From assembly GCA_963771355.1 (NCBI GenBank), contig CAVYTA010000005.1, forward strand, positions 672,001 through 736,000: a DNA stretch of 64,000 nt, given 5' to 3'. The stretch's first letter is position 1. Each line of letters starts with the position of its first letter. Origin of the DNA: an uncultured Candidatus Rokubacteria bacterium. GTDB taxonomy: Bacteria > Methylomirabilota > Methylomirabilia > Rokubacteriales > CSP1-6. Shown piece by piece: positions 54,645-64,000 of this stretch. The translations under genes and the position numbers were made by a program. The notes below the pieces were generated by a model. It worked only from the letters and a program-made list of their open reading frames with translations, had not been told where the DNA came from and did not search any database.

Positions 54645-54778
54645 TCGGTTCCCTCATTGACAGCCGCGACGAACTGTACGATAACTACCGGCGACAGCGG
54701 ATCAGAGTCGACCCGCTTGCCGTTCACCCCGGAGAACAAATCCCCCTGAACCAGCATGGGACGGACAGGAGGTCGGTG

Positions 54779-55951
54779 ATGAGGCGAGCCGCGGTCGGTC
54801 TGGGTATCGTGGTGGCCGTGCTGCTGGGCGCGGTGGCGCCGGCGGCGTGGGCGCAGGAGACGGTGAAGGTCGGACTCATCCAGCCTCTGTCGGGCCCCGT
54901 GGCCGCGTCCGGCAACTACGTCCGGATGGGCGCCGAGATCGGCCGCGACTGGATCAACGGGCGCGGGGGGGTGCTCGGCCGCCAGATCCAGCTCCTCATC
55001 GAGGACAACAAGTCCGATCCCAAGGAAGCCGCCACCGCCGCCGAGAAGCTCATCGTGCGCGACAAGGTGCCGGTGATCGTGGGCGCGTGGGGCTCCTCGA
55101 TGACGCTGGCCGCCATGCCCAAGCTCGAGGAGTACGGCGTGCCCATGGTGGTGGAGACCTCCAGCGCGGCCACCGTCACCAAGCGCGGCAATCCCTGGGT
55201 GTTCCGCATCAGCCCGCCCAGCGAGATGGAGGCGGTGGGACTCGAGAAGTACCTCAAGGATCTCGGCATCAAGCAAGCGGACTTTCTCGCCGTCAACACC
55301 GACTGGGGCCGCGGCTCCGTCACCGCCTTCGGCGATCTCCTCAAGAAGAGCGGCGCGACGGTGGGGGCGGTGGAGTTCATGGAGCAGGCGGCCACCGACA
55401 TGAACGCGCAGATCACCAAGGTGAAGGCGGGCTCCGCCGACACGCTCTTCCTCACCACCAGCGTGGAGCAGATCACCCTGGTGCTGAAGCAGGCGCAGGA
55501 GCAGCGTCTCACGCGCAAGGTCATCACCACCGGGGGCTCCTCGTCGCCCAGCCAGCTCATCAAGCAGGCGGGGGCGGCGGCGGAGGGCACGCTGCACATC
55601 CTCTTCTTCCTGCCCTGGTTCCCGGAGGCGATGCCGGACGGCAAGCTCGCCAAGGCCTTCGTGGACGAGTGGAACAAGCGCGGCCATCCCTTCGAGGGGC
55701 TGACCGAGGGCTTCCGCGGCCACGACGGCGTCCTCACCGCGGTGGAGGCGATCCGGATCGCGGGCAAGGCCGAGCCCAAGGCGGTGCGCGACGCGATGTG
55801 GCAGGTGAGCGTGATGGGCGTGAACGGGCCCATCAAGTTCGAGAAGGACGGGCCCGCGGGCAAGGAGAGCGGGCAGAGCAAGCCCAGCATCTTCATCGTC
55901 CAGATCAAGGACGGCAAGATCGCGCTCCCGTCGTTCGCCGCCAAGAAGTGA
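54779..55951 (+). CDS. HAAT ABC substrate-binding protein (LivK-like)
   Basis: AGGAGG RBS, signal peptide AWA-QE, VKVGLIQPLSG, IN.RGGVLGR, EDNKSDP. Confidence 0.92.
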   Translation: MRRAAVGLGIVVAVLLGAVAPAAWAQETVKVGLIQPLSGPVAASGNYVRMGAEIGRDWINGRGGVLGRQIQLLIEDNKSDPKEAATAAEKLIVRDKVPVIVGAWGSSMTLAAMPKLEEYGVPMVVETSSAATVTKRGNPWVFRISPPSEMEAVGLEKYLKDLGIKQADFLAVNTDWGRGSVTAFGDLLKKSGATVGAVEFMEQAATDMNAQITKVKAGSADTLFLTTSVEQITLVLKQAQEQRLTRKVITTGGSSSPSQLIKQAGAAAEGTLHILFFLPWFPEAMPDGKLAKAFVDEWNKRGHPFEGLTEGFRGHDGVLTAVEAIRIAGKAEPKAVRDAMWQVSVMGVNGPIKFEKDGPAGKESGQSKPSIFIVQIKDGKIALPSFAAKK

Positions 55952-55973
55952 GGCGGGCCGCGGCGCGTCCGGC

Positions 55974-56846
55974 TTGGACCAGCTCCTCCAGCACCTGCTG
56001 AACGGGCTGCTGCTCGGCAGCACCTACAGCCTGCTCGGGATCGGGCTGACGCTCGTGTTCGGGTTGATGAACGTGGTGAACTTCGCCCACGGCGAGTTCT
56101 ACACGCTGGGCGCGTACGCCGCCTTCGCCGTGCTCGTCGGGCTGTCCGTCAACTTCTTTCTCGCGCTCCCCCTCGCCATCGTGGGCGGCGCGCTGGCGGG
56201 GGCCGGCTGCGAGTGGCTCCTGCTCCGGCCGCTGCGCGGGGCCTCCATCGACACCACCATGCTGCTGATGATCGGGCTCTGGATCGCGCTCCAGAACGGC
56301 GAGCTGCTCGCCTGGGGCGGGGTGGCCAAGAGCGTGCCCACCCCCTTCTCGACCACGCCCGTGGTCATCGGGCCCGTCTCCGTGTCGACGCTCCGGATCT
56401 TCGTGTTCGTGATGTCCCTGCTCCTCATCGTGGGCGCGCATCTCCTCCTTGCCCGCAGCCGGCTGGGCCGCGCGATGCGCGCCACCTTCCAGGACCGGGA
56501 GACCGCCGCCCTCATGGGCGTGAGCATCGAGCGCATCCACACCATCACCTTCGCGCTGGGCGCGGGCCTTGCCGCCGCGGCGGGTGCGCTACTGGGGCCC
56601 GTCTTCCTCCTCTACCCCTCGATGGGCGATCTGGCGTCGCAGAAGGCGTTCTCGGTGGTGATCCTCGGAGGGCTCGGCAACTTCGCCGGGGCCGCCGTCG
56701 GCGGCGTCCTCCTCGGCGTGGCCGAGGAGCTGGGGGCGGGGTACGTGTCCTCCGGGTACCGCGACGCGGTGGGCTTCGTCATCATCGTGGCCATGCTGCT
56801 GGTGCGCCCCTCCGGGCTCTTCGCCCGGGCCGAGCGAGTGGGCTGA
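55974..56846 (+). CDS. HAAT ABC permease, LivH-type
   Basis: GLTLVFGLMNVVNFAHGE, VILGGLG, RPSGLF. Confidence 0.92.
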   Translation: MDQLLQHLLNGLLLGSTYSLLGIGLTLVFGLMNVVNFAHGEFYTLGAYAAFAVLVGLSVNFFLALPLAIVGGALAGAGCEWLLLRPLRGASIDTTMLLMIGLWIALQNGELLAWGGVAKSVPTPFSTTPVVIGPVSVSTLRIFVFVMSLLLIVGAHLLLARSRLGRAMRATFQDRETAALMGVSIERIHTITFALGAGLAAAAGALLGPVFLLYPSMGDLASQKAFSVVILGGLGNFAGAAVGGVLLGVAEELGAGYVSSGYRDAVGFVIIVAMLLVRPSGLFARAERVG

Positions 56847-57799
56847 TGCGGGGACTGGCCATGGTGCGTGGGGCGCTCGTCCTCGCGGTGGCGGCCACCG
56901 CCCCCTTCTGGGTGTGGAATCCCTACCATCTGCACACCCTCATCATGGCGGGCATCTTCGCGGTGCTGGCGCTGTCCCTCAACCTGCTGCTCGGCTACAC
57001 GGGCCAGCTCTCCCTCGGTCATGCCGCCTTCTTCGGGATCGGCGCGTACGCCTCCGCGCTCCTCACCGTGAAGCTGGAATGGTCGGCGTGGATCGGGCTC
57101 GTCGCCGCCGTCCTGCTTCCCGCGCTCACCGGCTGGGGGATCGGCCGGCTCGCGCTGAAGCTGCGCGGCGCCTACTTCGTGCTGCTCACCATCAGCTTCG
57201 CGGGCGTGGTCTCCTTGGTGAGCGTGAACTGGATGGATCTGACCAACGGCCCCCTCGGCATTCCCGGCGTGCCCGCGCTGGCGGTAGCGCTGCCGGGGCT
57301 TCCCGAGCTGCCGCTGCGGAGCAAGCCCGCCTTCTTCTACGTGGTGCTGGTCGCGGTGGTGGCGGCCTATGTCGTGTGCCGGCGGCTCATCGCGTCCCGC
57401 ATCGGGCGAGCGCTGGTCGCGCTGCGCGAGAACGAGACCCTGGCGGAATCGGTGGGCATCGACGGCACGCACTATCTCGTGGTGGCGGCCGTCATCAGCG
57501 CGGGCATGGCGGGCGCGGCGGGCGGGCTCTACGCGCACTACACGCGCTTCGTGAGCCCCGAGGTCTTTCTCTTCACCTACACCGTCACCATGGTCATCAT
57601 GGTGGTGGCGGGCGGCAAGGGGACCCTGAGCGGGCCCATCGTGGGCGCGGTGATCTTCACCGTGCTCCCGGAGACCCTGCGCGAGCTGACCTCCTGGCAG
57701 TGGCAGATGCTGCTCTACGGCGTGCTCCTCATCGCCACGCTGTTCTTCATGCCGCAGGGCATCGTGCCCACCCTGCGGGACCGGTGGCGCCGCGCATGA
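56846..57799 (+). CDS. HAAT ABC permease, LivM-type
   Basis: LNLLLGYTGQLSLGHAAFFGIGAY, LRGAYF, TNGPLG, GGKGTLSGP. Confidence 0.92.
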   Translation: MRGLAMVRGALVLAVAATAPFWVWNPYHLHTLIMAGIFAVLALSLNLLLGYTGQLSLGHAAFFGIGAYASALLTVKLEWSAWIGLVAAVLLPALTGWGIGRLALKLRGAYFVLLTISFAGVVSLVSVNWMDLTNGPLGIPGVPALAVALPGLPELPLRSKPAFFYVVLVAVVAAYVVCRRLIASRIGRALVALRENETLAESVGIDGTHYLVVAAVISAGMAGAAGGLYAHYTRFVSPEVFLFTYTVTMVIMVVAGGKGTLSGPIVGAVIFTVLPETLRELTSWQWQMLLYGVLLIATLFFMPQGIVPTLRDRWRRA

Positions 57800-58605
57800 G
57801 CGGCCCCGCGGGAGGAGAGGCCGGGGGAGGGGAGGCCGGCAATCTCGGGGTGCACGACCTCGTGGTGCGCTTCGGGGGCGTGAGCGCGCTGGCCGGGGTG
57901 AGCTTCGCGGTACGGCCGGGCGGGGTGACGAGCCTCATCGGCCCCAATGGCGCGGGCAAGACCACCGCCTTCAACGTGATCACGGGCTTTCAGACGCCCA
58001 CCTCGGGGCGCGTGGCCTGGGCCGGCCGGGACGTCACCGGCTGGCGGCCCTGCCGGATCGCCGCGCTCGGGCTCGTCCGCACCTTCCAGAAGACCAGCGT
58101 GTTTCCCGCGCTCCCCGTGCTCGAGAACGTGCTCACCGGATTGCACCTGCGCGGAGAAACCGGGCTGGCCGCCGCGCTGCTGCGCCGGCGCCGCGTGGCG
58201 GTGGAGGAGCGCGCGCTGCGGGACGAGGCGGTGGCCGTGCTGGACTTCGTGGGGCTCGGGGCGCGCCACGACGAGGTGGCGGGCGACCTCTCCTACGGCG
58301 AGCAGCGGCTGGTGGAGCTGGCGGTGGGCATGGCGGCCCGCCCGCGCCTGCTGCTCCTGGACGAGCCCGCCTCCGGCATGACGCCGGCGGAGAAGACGGC
58401 GACGGCGGGGCTCATCCGGAAGATCTGCGAGACCGGCGTCACCGTCCTGCTGGTGGAGCACGACATGCGCCTGGTGATGGGCATCTCGGACCGCGTCCTC
58501 GTCCTCAATCACGGTCGCCTCATCGCCGATGGCCCGCCCGCGGACGTGCAGCGGGACCCCGAGGTGATCCGCGCCTATCTCGGCACCGGCCATGCTGCAG
58601 CTTGA
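57796..58605 (+). CDS. HAAT ABC ATP-binding protein, LivG-type
   Basis: GPNGAGKTT, RTFQ, LSYGEQR, DEPASG, VEHDM, VIRAYLG. Confidence 0.92.
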   Translation: MSGPAGGEAGGGEAGNLGVHDLVVRFGGVSALAGVSFAVRPGGVTSLIGPNGAGKTTAFNVITGFQTPTSGRVAWAGRDVTGWRPCRIAALGLVRTFQKTSVFPALPVLENVLTGLHLRGETGLAAALLRRRRVAVEERALRDEAVAVLDFVGLGARHDEVAGDLSYGEQRLVELAVGMAARPRLLLLDEPASGMTPAEKTATAGLIRKICETGVTVLLVEHDMRLVMGISDRVLVLNHGRLIADGPPADVQRDPEVIRAYLGTGHAAA

Positions 58606-59296
58606 GTCCGTGTCTGCGGGGTACGGCCGGGTGGGGGTGCTGGCCGGGGTCAGCCTGGAGGTGCGCCGGGGGGATTTCGTCTGCCTGGTCGGCGCCAATG
58701 GCGCCGGCAAGACCACCACGCTCAAGACCATCTCCGGTCTCCTCCGGCCGTCCGCCGGCCGCATCGTGTTCGAGGGGCAGGACATCGGGGGCCGGAAGCC
58801 CCAGGACATCCTGCGGCTGGGCATCGCCCACTGTCCCGAGGGCCGGCGGGTCTTCCCGCATCTCACCGTGCAGGAGAACCTGGCCATGGGCGCCTATGTG
58901 CGCCGGGACGCGGCCGCGGTGGCGGCGGACCTGGAGCGGGTGCTGGCGCACTTTCCCGTCCTGGCCGAGCGCCGGCGCCAGCCGGCGGGCACGCTGTCGG
59001 GCGGTGAGCAGCAGATGCTGGCGATCGGGCGGGCGCTGATGGCGCGGCCCCGGCTTATCATGTTCGACGAGCCGTCGCTGGGACTGGCGCCCACCGTGAT
59101 CGAGACGACGTTCCGCATCATCGGAGAGATCCAGAAGGACGGGACCACCGTGTTCATGGTGGAGCAGAACGCCTACATGGCGCTTCGCATGGCGACGCGC
59201 GCCTATGTGATGGAGACGGGCCGCATCACGCTGGAGGGGCCCGCGCGCGAGCTGCTCGACGACGAGCACGTCAAGAAGGCCTACCTGGGAGGCTAG
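58592..59296 (+). CDS. HAAT ABC ATP-binding protein, LivF-type
   Basis: [38 protein letters not shown]. Confidence 0.92.
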   Translation: MLQLESVSAGYGRVGVLAGVSLEVRRGDFVCLVGANGAGKTTTLKTISGLLRPSAGRIVFEGQDIGGRKPQDILRLGIAHCPEGRRVFPHLTVQENLAMGAYVRRDAAAVAADLERVLAHFPVLAERRRQPAGTLSGGEQQMLAIGRALMARPRLIMFDEPSLGLAPTVIETTFRIIGEIQKDGTTVFMVEQNAYMALRMATRAYVMETGRITLEGPARELLDDEHVKKAYLGG

Positions 59297-59304
59297 TCCG
59301 GAGC

Positions 59305-61675
59305 ATGGGAGCCAAGTACTTCGGCGCATCGGTGCCCCGCCGCGAGGACCCGCGCCTCTTGCGCGGGGAAGGTCGCTTCGTGGACGACCTCAAGCTGCCC
59401 GGCCTGCTCCACGCCGCCTTCGTGCGCAGCCCGCACGCCCACGCGCGCATCACCGGCCTCCGCACGGAGGCGGCCGCCGGGCGGCCCGGGGTCGTCCGCG
59501 TGCTGACCTTTGCGGATCTCGAGCGCTGGATGAAGCCGCTGCCGCTCTTCGGCGCCATCCCCGCCGGCCTCGCCGCACGCGTGCAGGTGAGCATGAAGCA
59601 GGTGGGCCAGCTCGCGATGTGCCGGGACACCGCGCGCTTCGTGGGCGAGATCGTGGCCATGGTGGTGGCCGACAGCCGCGCCCTGGCCGAGGACGCGGCG
59701 GAGCTGGTGGAGGTGGACTACGACCCGTTGCCGGTGGTCACCGACATGGTGGCGGCCGGCGAGGCGGGCTCGCCCGTGCTCCACGCGGAGTGGGGGAGCA
59801 ACGTGGCGCTGGAGTTCAAGACCGGCTTCGGCGACGCGGAAGCCGCGCTGCGCGCCGCCGACGTGCGCGTGCGTGAGCGCTTCTACGTGCACCGCTATGT
59901 CGGCATGCCGCTCGAGACGCGCGGGGTGGTCGCCCAGTGGGACGCGCGCGACGGCAGCCTCACCACCTGGAACGGGACCCAGGTGGTCCACTTCGTCCAG
60001 CAGGGCCTGGTCGCCGCCCTCGGGCTGCCCGCCCACAAGATTCGCGTGATCGCCCCCGACGTGGGCGGCGGCTTCGGCACCAAGGCCACCGGCTATCCGG
60101 AGGACCTTCTCATTCCCGCCGCCGCCATCGTGTGCCGGCGGCCGGTGAAGTGGACGGAGGACCGGCGCGAGCACATGATGGCCGCCGCGCATGCGCGGCA
60201 CCAGGTGCACGACATCGAGATCGGCGCCCGGCGCGACGGGACCATGGTGGGCGTGCGCGACCGCATCTGGGTGGACCTGGGCGCGTACAACTCCTGGGGG
60301 ATCGTGCTCCCCTACAACACGGTGGCCCACCTCCTCGGCCCTCACCGCGTCCCCGCGCTCGACGTGGAGTGCCGCGGGGTGGTGACGAACAAGACACCCA
60401 ACGCGCCCTATCGCGGGGCGGGCCGGCCCGAGACGGTGTTCGCCATGGACCGCATCGTGGACTGCCTGGCCACGCGCGCTGCGCATGGATCCGGCCGAGC
60501 TGCGGCGAAAGAACTATCTCTCCGCCGCCGACCTGCCCTACGAGCTCGACATCCCCTATCGCGACGGGAACCGCCTCATCTATGACAGCGGTGATTTTCG
60601 CGCCAACCTCGAGTCGGCGCTGGAGGCCATCGACTATCCGGCGCTTCGCCGCGCGCAGGCCCAGCGGCGGGACCAGGGCGTGTACCGGGGCATCGGGATC
60701 TCCGGGTATGTCGAGGGCACCGCCATCGGCCCCTACGAGGGCGCGACGGTCCGGATGGATGCGTCCGGGCGGGCGGTCGTCGCCACCGGGGCCTGCAGCC
60801 AGGGTCAGGGGCACGAGACCTCCTTCGCCCAGGTGGCGGCGGACGCCCTCGGCATCCCGCTGGACTGGGTCACCGTGGTCGGCGGTGACACCGCCGCCAT
60901 CCCGTTCGGCATCGGCACCTTCGCCAGCCGGAGCGCCGTCAACGCGGGCTCGTCGATCCACGTGGCCGCCGGCAAGGTGCGCGACAAGCTCGCGGAGGCC
61001 GCCGCCGCGCTGCTCGAGGCGTCTCCCGCCGACGTGGAGATCGTGGACGGCGTGGCCTCGGTCCGGGGCGCGCCCGGCTCGGGATTGCCGCTCGCGCGCG
61101 TGATCCAGGGCTCGCTGCCCACCTTCGCCAAGCCCAGCGCCGTCTCGCCGGACTTCGAGGCGACGATCTATCACCACCAGCCCACCGTCACCTACACGAG
61201 CGCGGTGCACGTGGCGCACGTGGAGGTCGACGTGGGTACCGGCGCGGTCCGGCTGCTGCGCTACGTGGTGGCCCACGACTGCGGCCGTCTCATCAATCCC
61301 CTCATCGTGGAGGGGCAGATCCACGGGGGCGTGGCCCAGGGGATCGGCGGCGGGCTGCTCGAGGAGATGGTGTACGACGAGCAGGGCCAACTCCTCACCG
61401 GCACCTTCATGGACTACCTCGTGCCGACGTCGATGGAGCTGCCGCCCATCGAGACCGTGCACCTCGAGTACCCATCGCCGCGGAACCCGCTGGGCGTCAA
61501 GGGCATCGGCGAGGGGGGCGCGATCTCGCCGCCCGCCGCGCTCGCCAACGCGGTGGAGGACGCACTGGCGCCGTTCGGCGTGCGCGTGACGCGCGCTCCG
61601 CTCGGGCCCTCCACCGTGCTCGACCTCATCAGGGCCGCCCGAGCAACCGGCGAGCAGGCGGGAGGCCGCCCATGA
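59305..61675 (+). pseudogene. CoxL-family molybdopterin subunit (form II-like loop), split by a +1 frameshift near 60472
   Basis: N-half RSPHAHA, DVGGGFGTK, APYRGAGRPE; C-half MDPAELRRKN, GQGHET, GTFASR, KGIGEG. Removing one A in GCC-A-CGC-GCG-CTG restores DCLARALRMDP. Confidence 0.85.
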
Positions 61676-62541
61676 AACCGGCGCCGTTCGAGTATCTCGC
61701 CCCCGCGACGATCGCCGAGACGGTGGCCGCACTCGCCCAGCACGGCGACGACGCCAAGGTGCTGGCGGGCGGTCAGAGCCTGGTGCCCATGCTCAATCTC
61801 CGCCTCGCGCGTCCCGCGGTCCTGGTGGACATCAACGGCGTGACGGAGCTCGACTCACTCCGCGAGGCCGACGGCCGGGTTCACATCGGCGCGCTGAGGC
61901 GGCAGGCCGGGGTCGAGCGCTGGGCGGGCACGCGGCTGCCGCTGATGGCGGAGGCGCTGCGCGCGGTGGGGCATGCGGCCATCCGGAACCGCGGCACGGT
62001 GGCGGGGAGCGTGGCGCATGCTGATCCCGCGTCCGAGCTGCCCGCGCTGCTCCTCTGCCTCGACGGGGCCGCGGTGGCGCGGGGTGCCGGCGGCGAGCGC
62101 GTGATCCCGGCGGGCGAGCTCTTCCGCGCGCCACTCACCACCGCGCTCCGTCCCGACGAGCTGGTCACGGAGGTACGGTTCTCTCAGCCGAGGCCGGACG
62201 CGGGCTGGGGCTTCGCCGAGGTGGCCCGTCGTCACGGCGACTTCGCCCTCGTCGGCGCCGCCGCGCTCCTCTGGCTGGACGACGGCGGGCGCGTGGCCGG
62301 CGCGCGGCTGGCGCTGTTCGGCGTGGGCGGCACGCCGCTCCGGGGCGGCGCGGCGGAGGCGCTGCTCACCGGCCAGGCGCCGAGCGCCGAGCGCATCCGG
62401 GAGGCCGCGCGCGCCGCCGCCGCGGTCCTGCGCCCGGATGGCGATCTCCACGCCTCCGCGCGCTATCGGAGCGAGGTGGCGGCGGTGCTCGCGGAGCGCA
62501 CGTTGACCGCGGCGCTCGGCCGCTGCCGGAGGGCGGCATGA
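61672..62541 (+). CDS. CoxM-family FAD-binding subunit
   Basis: MKPAPFEY, LAGGQSLVP, IRNRGTVAGS..HADP, ARRHGDFA. Confidence 0.92.
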   Translation: MKPAPFEYLAPATIAETVAALAQHGDDAKVLAGGQSLVPMLNLRLARPAVLVDINGVTELDSLREADGRVHIGALRRQAGVERWAGTRLPLMAEALRAVGHAAIRNRGTVAGSVAHADPASELPALLLCLDGAAVARGAGGERVIPAGELFRAPLTTALRPDELVTEVRFSQPRPDAGWGFAEVARRHGDFALVGAAALLWLDDGGRVAGARLALFGVGGTPLRGGAAEALLTGQAPSAERIREAARAAAAVLRPDGDLHASARYRSEVAAVLAERTLTAALGRCRRAA

Positions 62542-63029
62542 CGCGCACGGTGCGGCTCACCGTCAACGGGCAGACGCGGGCGGGCGCCGCCGAGCCCCGG
62601 CTGTCCCTGGCCGACTTCCTCCGTGAAGTCCTCGACCTCACCGGTACCCACGTGGGCTGCGAGCATGGCGTCTGCGGCGCGTGCACCGTGCTGCTCGACG
62701 GGGAGCCCATCCGCGCCTGTCTCATGCTGGCGGTCCAGGCGGCGGGGCGCAGCATCACCACCGTCGAGGGCCTCGCGCCCGGGGACGGGCTCAGCCCGCT
62801 GCAGCAGGCGTTCCAGGACAAGCATGGCCTACAGTGCGGCTACTGCACGCCGGGCATCCTGCTCACCACGCAGGCCTTCCTGCGCCAGAACCCGAGCCCC
62901 ACGCGCGAGGAAATCCGTGAGATGCTCGCGGGCAATCTCTGCCGGTGCACCGGTTATCACCTCATCGTCGAGGCCATCGAGGCGGCCGCCCACGGGCTCG
63001 CCCGGTCCCACGCTCCGAAACCCGCATGA
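62538..63029 (+). CDS. CoxS-family 2x[2Fe-2S] subunit
   Basis: GCEHGVCGACTV, QCGYCTPG, GNLCRCTGY. Confidence 0.92.
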   Translation: MTRTVRLTVNGQTRAGAAEPRLSLADFLREVLDLTGTHVGCEHGVCGACTVLLDGEPIRACLMLAVQAAGRSITTVEGLAPGDGLSPLQQAFQDKHGLQCGYCTPGILLTTQAFLRQNPSPTREEIREMLAGNLCRCTGYHLIVEAIEAAAHGLARSHAPKPA

Positions 63030-63040
63030 GGAGACCTGCT

Positions 63041-64000
63041 ATGCGCGCTCGTACCGTCGTCGCGATCGTCGCGTCCCTGCTCGCCGTGGTGGCCCCGGCG
63101 CCGGCCGTCTGGGCCCAGAACTCGCTGGTGGTGAGCGTGTGGGGCGGCAACTGGAAGGACACCGTCGAGAAGGTGATCGGCAAGGCGTTCACCGCCAAGA
63201 CCGGTATGCCGGTGGAGTTCGAGGTGGGCGGCACCATCGACCGCCTCGCCAAGGCCCGCGTGGCCAAGGGCAATCCGCTGGTGGACCTCAACTTCACCAC
63301 CACCCACGTGGCGCGGCTCTACATCTCCGACGGGCTCTACGAGAAGCTCGACATGAGCAAGCTCCCCAACGCCAAGGAAATCGCCCCCGAGGCCATCCGC
63401 AGCGATTTCCACCTGGGAACCTGGGCGTACGTCTACACCGTGGTCTACCGGCCAGATCTGATAAAGGAAGACATCACCAAGTGGTCCGATCTCTGGAAGC
63501 CTTCGCTCAAGGGCAAGATCGCCATGCCGGACTTCGATCCCTCCCACATCATCACCATCGCCGCCCTCATGGAAGGCGGCAACGAGGTGACCTGGCAGAA
63601 GGGCGAGGCCAAGCTCAAGCAGATCAAGGAGTCCATCGCGGCCTTCTACTCCACCGACGCCCAGAGCCAGGACCTCATGAAGACGGGCCAGGCGCCGGTG
63701 CAGGTGATGCTCTCCGTCAACGCCTATCACCTCCAGGAGCAGGGCATCCCGGTGAAGGTGGTGCAGCCGGTGGACTATCCGGGCATCGTGGGCATCGACA
63801 CGCTGGGGGTCATGGCGGGCACCAAGAAGTCGGAGGCCGCGCATCAGTTCATCAACATCGCGCTCTCCAAGGAGATCCAGGGCGAGCTGGTCAAGGCGCT
63901 ACGCGCCGGCCCCGTGAACCTGGGTGCCGGCGTGCCGGCCAACCTCAAGGGCCAGCCGGGCATCTTCACCACCGCGGCGGAGTGGAAGAGCCGCGGCTAC
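63041..64000 (+). CDS. ABC extracellular solute-binding protein (PotD/polyamine-like family), truncated by the window end
   Basis: Absent from the ORF track. GAGGAG RBS, ATG 63041, MRARTVVAIVASLLAVVAPAPAVWA-QNSLVVSVWGGNW...ITKWSDLWKPSLKGKI...AHQFINIALS; open to the end. Confidence 0.85.
   Translation, partial: MRARTVVAIVASLLAVVAPAPAVWAQNSLVVSVWGGNWKDTVEKVIGKAFTAKTGMPVEFEVGGTIDRLAKARVAKGNPLVDLNFTTTHVARLYISDGLYEKLDMSKLPNAKEIAPEAIRSDFHLGTWAYVYTVVYRPDLIKEDITKWSDLWKPSLKGKIAMPDFDPSHIITIAALMEGGNEVTWQKGEAKLKQIKESIAAFYSTDAQSQDLMKTGQAPVQVMLSVNAYHLQEQGIPVKVVQPVDYPGIVGIDTLGVMAGTKKSEAAHQFINIALSKEIQGELVKALRAGPVNLGAGVPANLKGQPGIFTTAAEWKSRGY

Noticed and set aside
52873..54657. 594-aa ORF suggesting a fused CoA-transferase; likewise the long N-extensions of ORFs starting at 5472, 8068, 15315, 26244, 29268, 56213 and 56914
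   Set aside because: The extensions overlap the upstream gene in another frame. Family-consistent starts with an RBS or stop/start overlap lie downstream.
1..64000. tRNA, rRNA, riboswitch, IS or prophage elements
   Set aside because: Intergenic gaps are short and none showed recognisable signatures by eye. An Infernal/tRNAscan run would be needed to exclude small RNAs at 23510-23687, 31356-31500 and 54660-54770.

Overview
This is a very GC-rich, gene-dense bacterial chromosomal window with about 57 CDS. I saw no rRNA, tRNA, CRISPR array, transposase or phage genes. The gene content (many HAAT/Liv-type ABC transporters, luciferase-like monooxygenases, two xanthine dehydrogenase/CoxLMS-family clusters, DUF748 and BON envelope proteins) suggests a diderm soil heterotroph, possibly Candidatus Rokubacteria; that taxonomy is inference only. 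Main blocks: (1) 1-5.3 kb, tail of an ABC/VOC/acyl-CoA dehydrogenase operon; (2) 5.2-19.8 kb, a TetR-linked operon with a perfect 18-bp operator-like palindrome, two tandem amidohydrolases, a HAAT ABC transporter whose LivF ATPase is fused to a Tm-1-like (UPF0261) domain, a PEP-hydrolase-like TIM barrel, a flotillin and two SRPBCC proteins; (3) 19.8-33 kb, envelope genes (DUF748+BON, DUF898+M48, bactofilin+M23, two with sigma54-type promoters), an orphan livGF pair and a coxMSL-like cluster; (4) 33-48.8 kb, housekeeping and catabolic genes; (5) 48.8-50 kb, a stand-alone two-gene module of a papain-fold cysteine protease plus an uncharacterised partner; (6) 50-64 kb, divergent catabolic operons (CoA-transferase, LLM, PxpA, cysteine synthase-like / Liv ABC, coxLMS-like, solute-binding protein). 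Three genes carry single-base frameshifts, probably assembly errors. The best candidates for undescribed systems are the Tm-1/flotillin/SRPBCC operon and the protease-partner pair.
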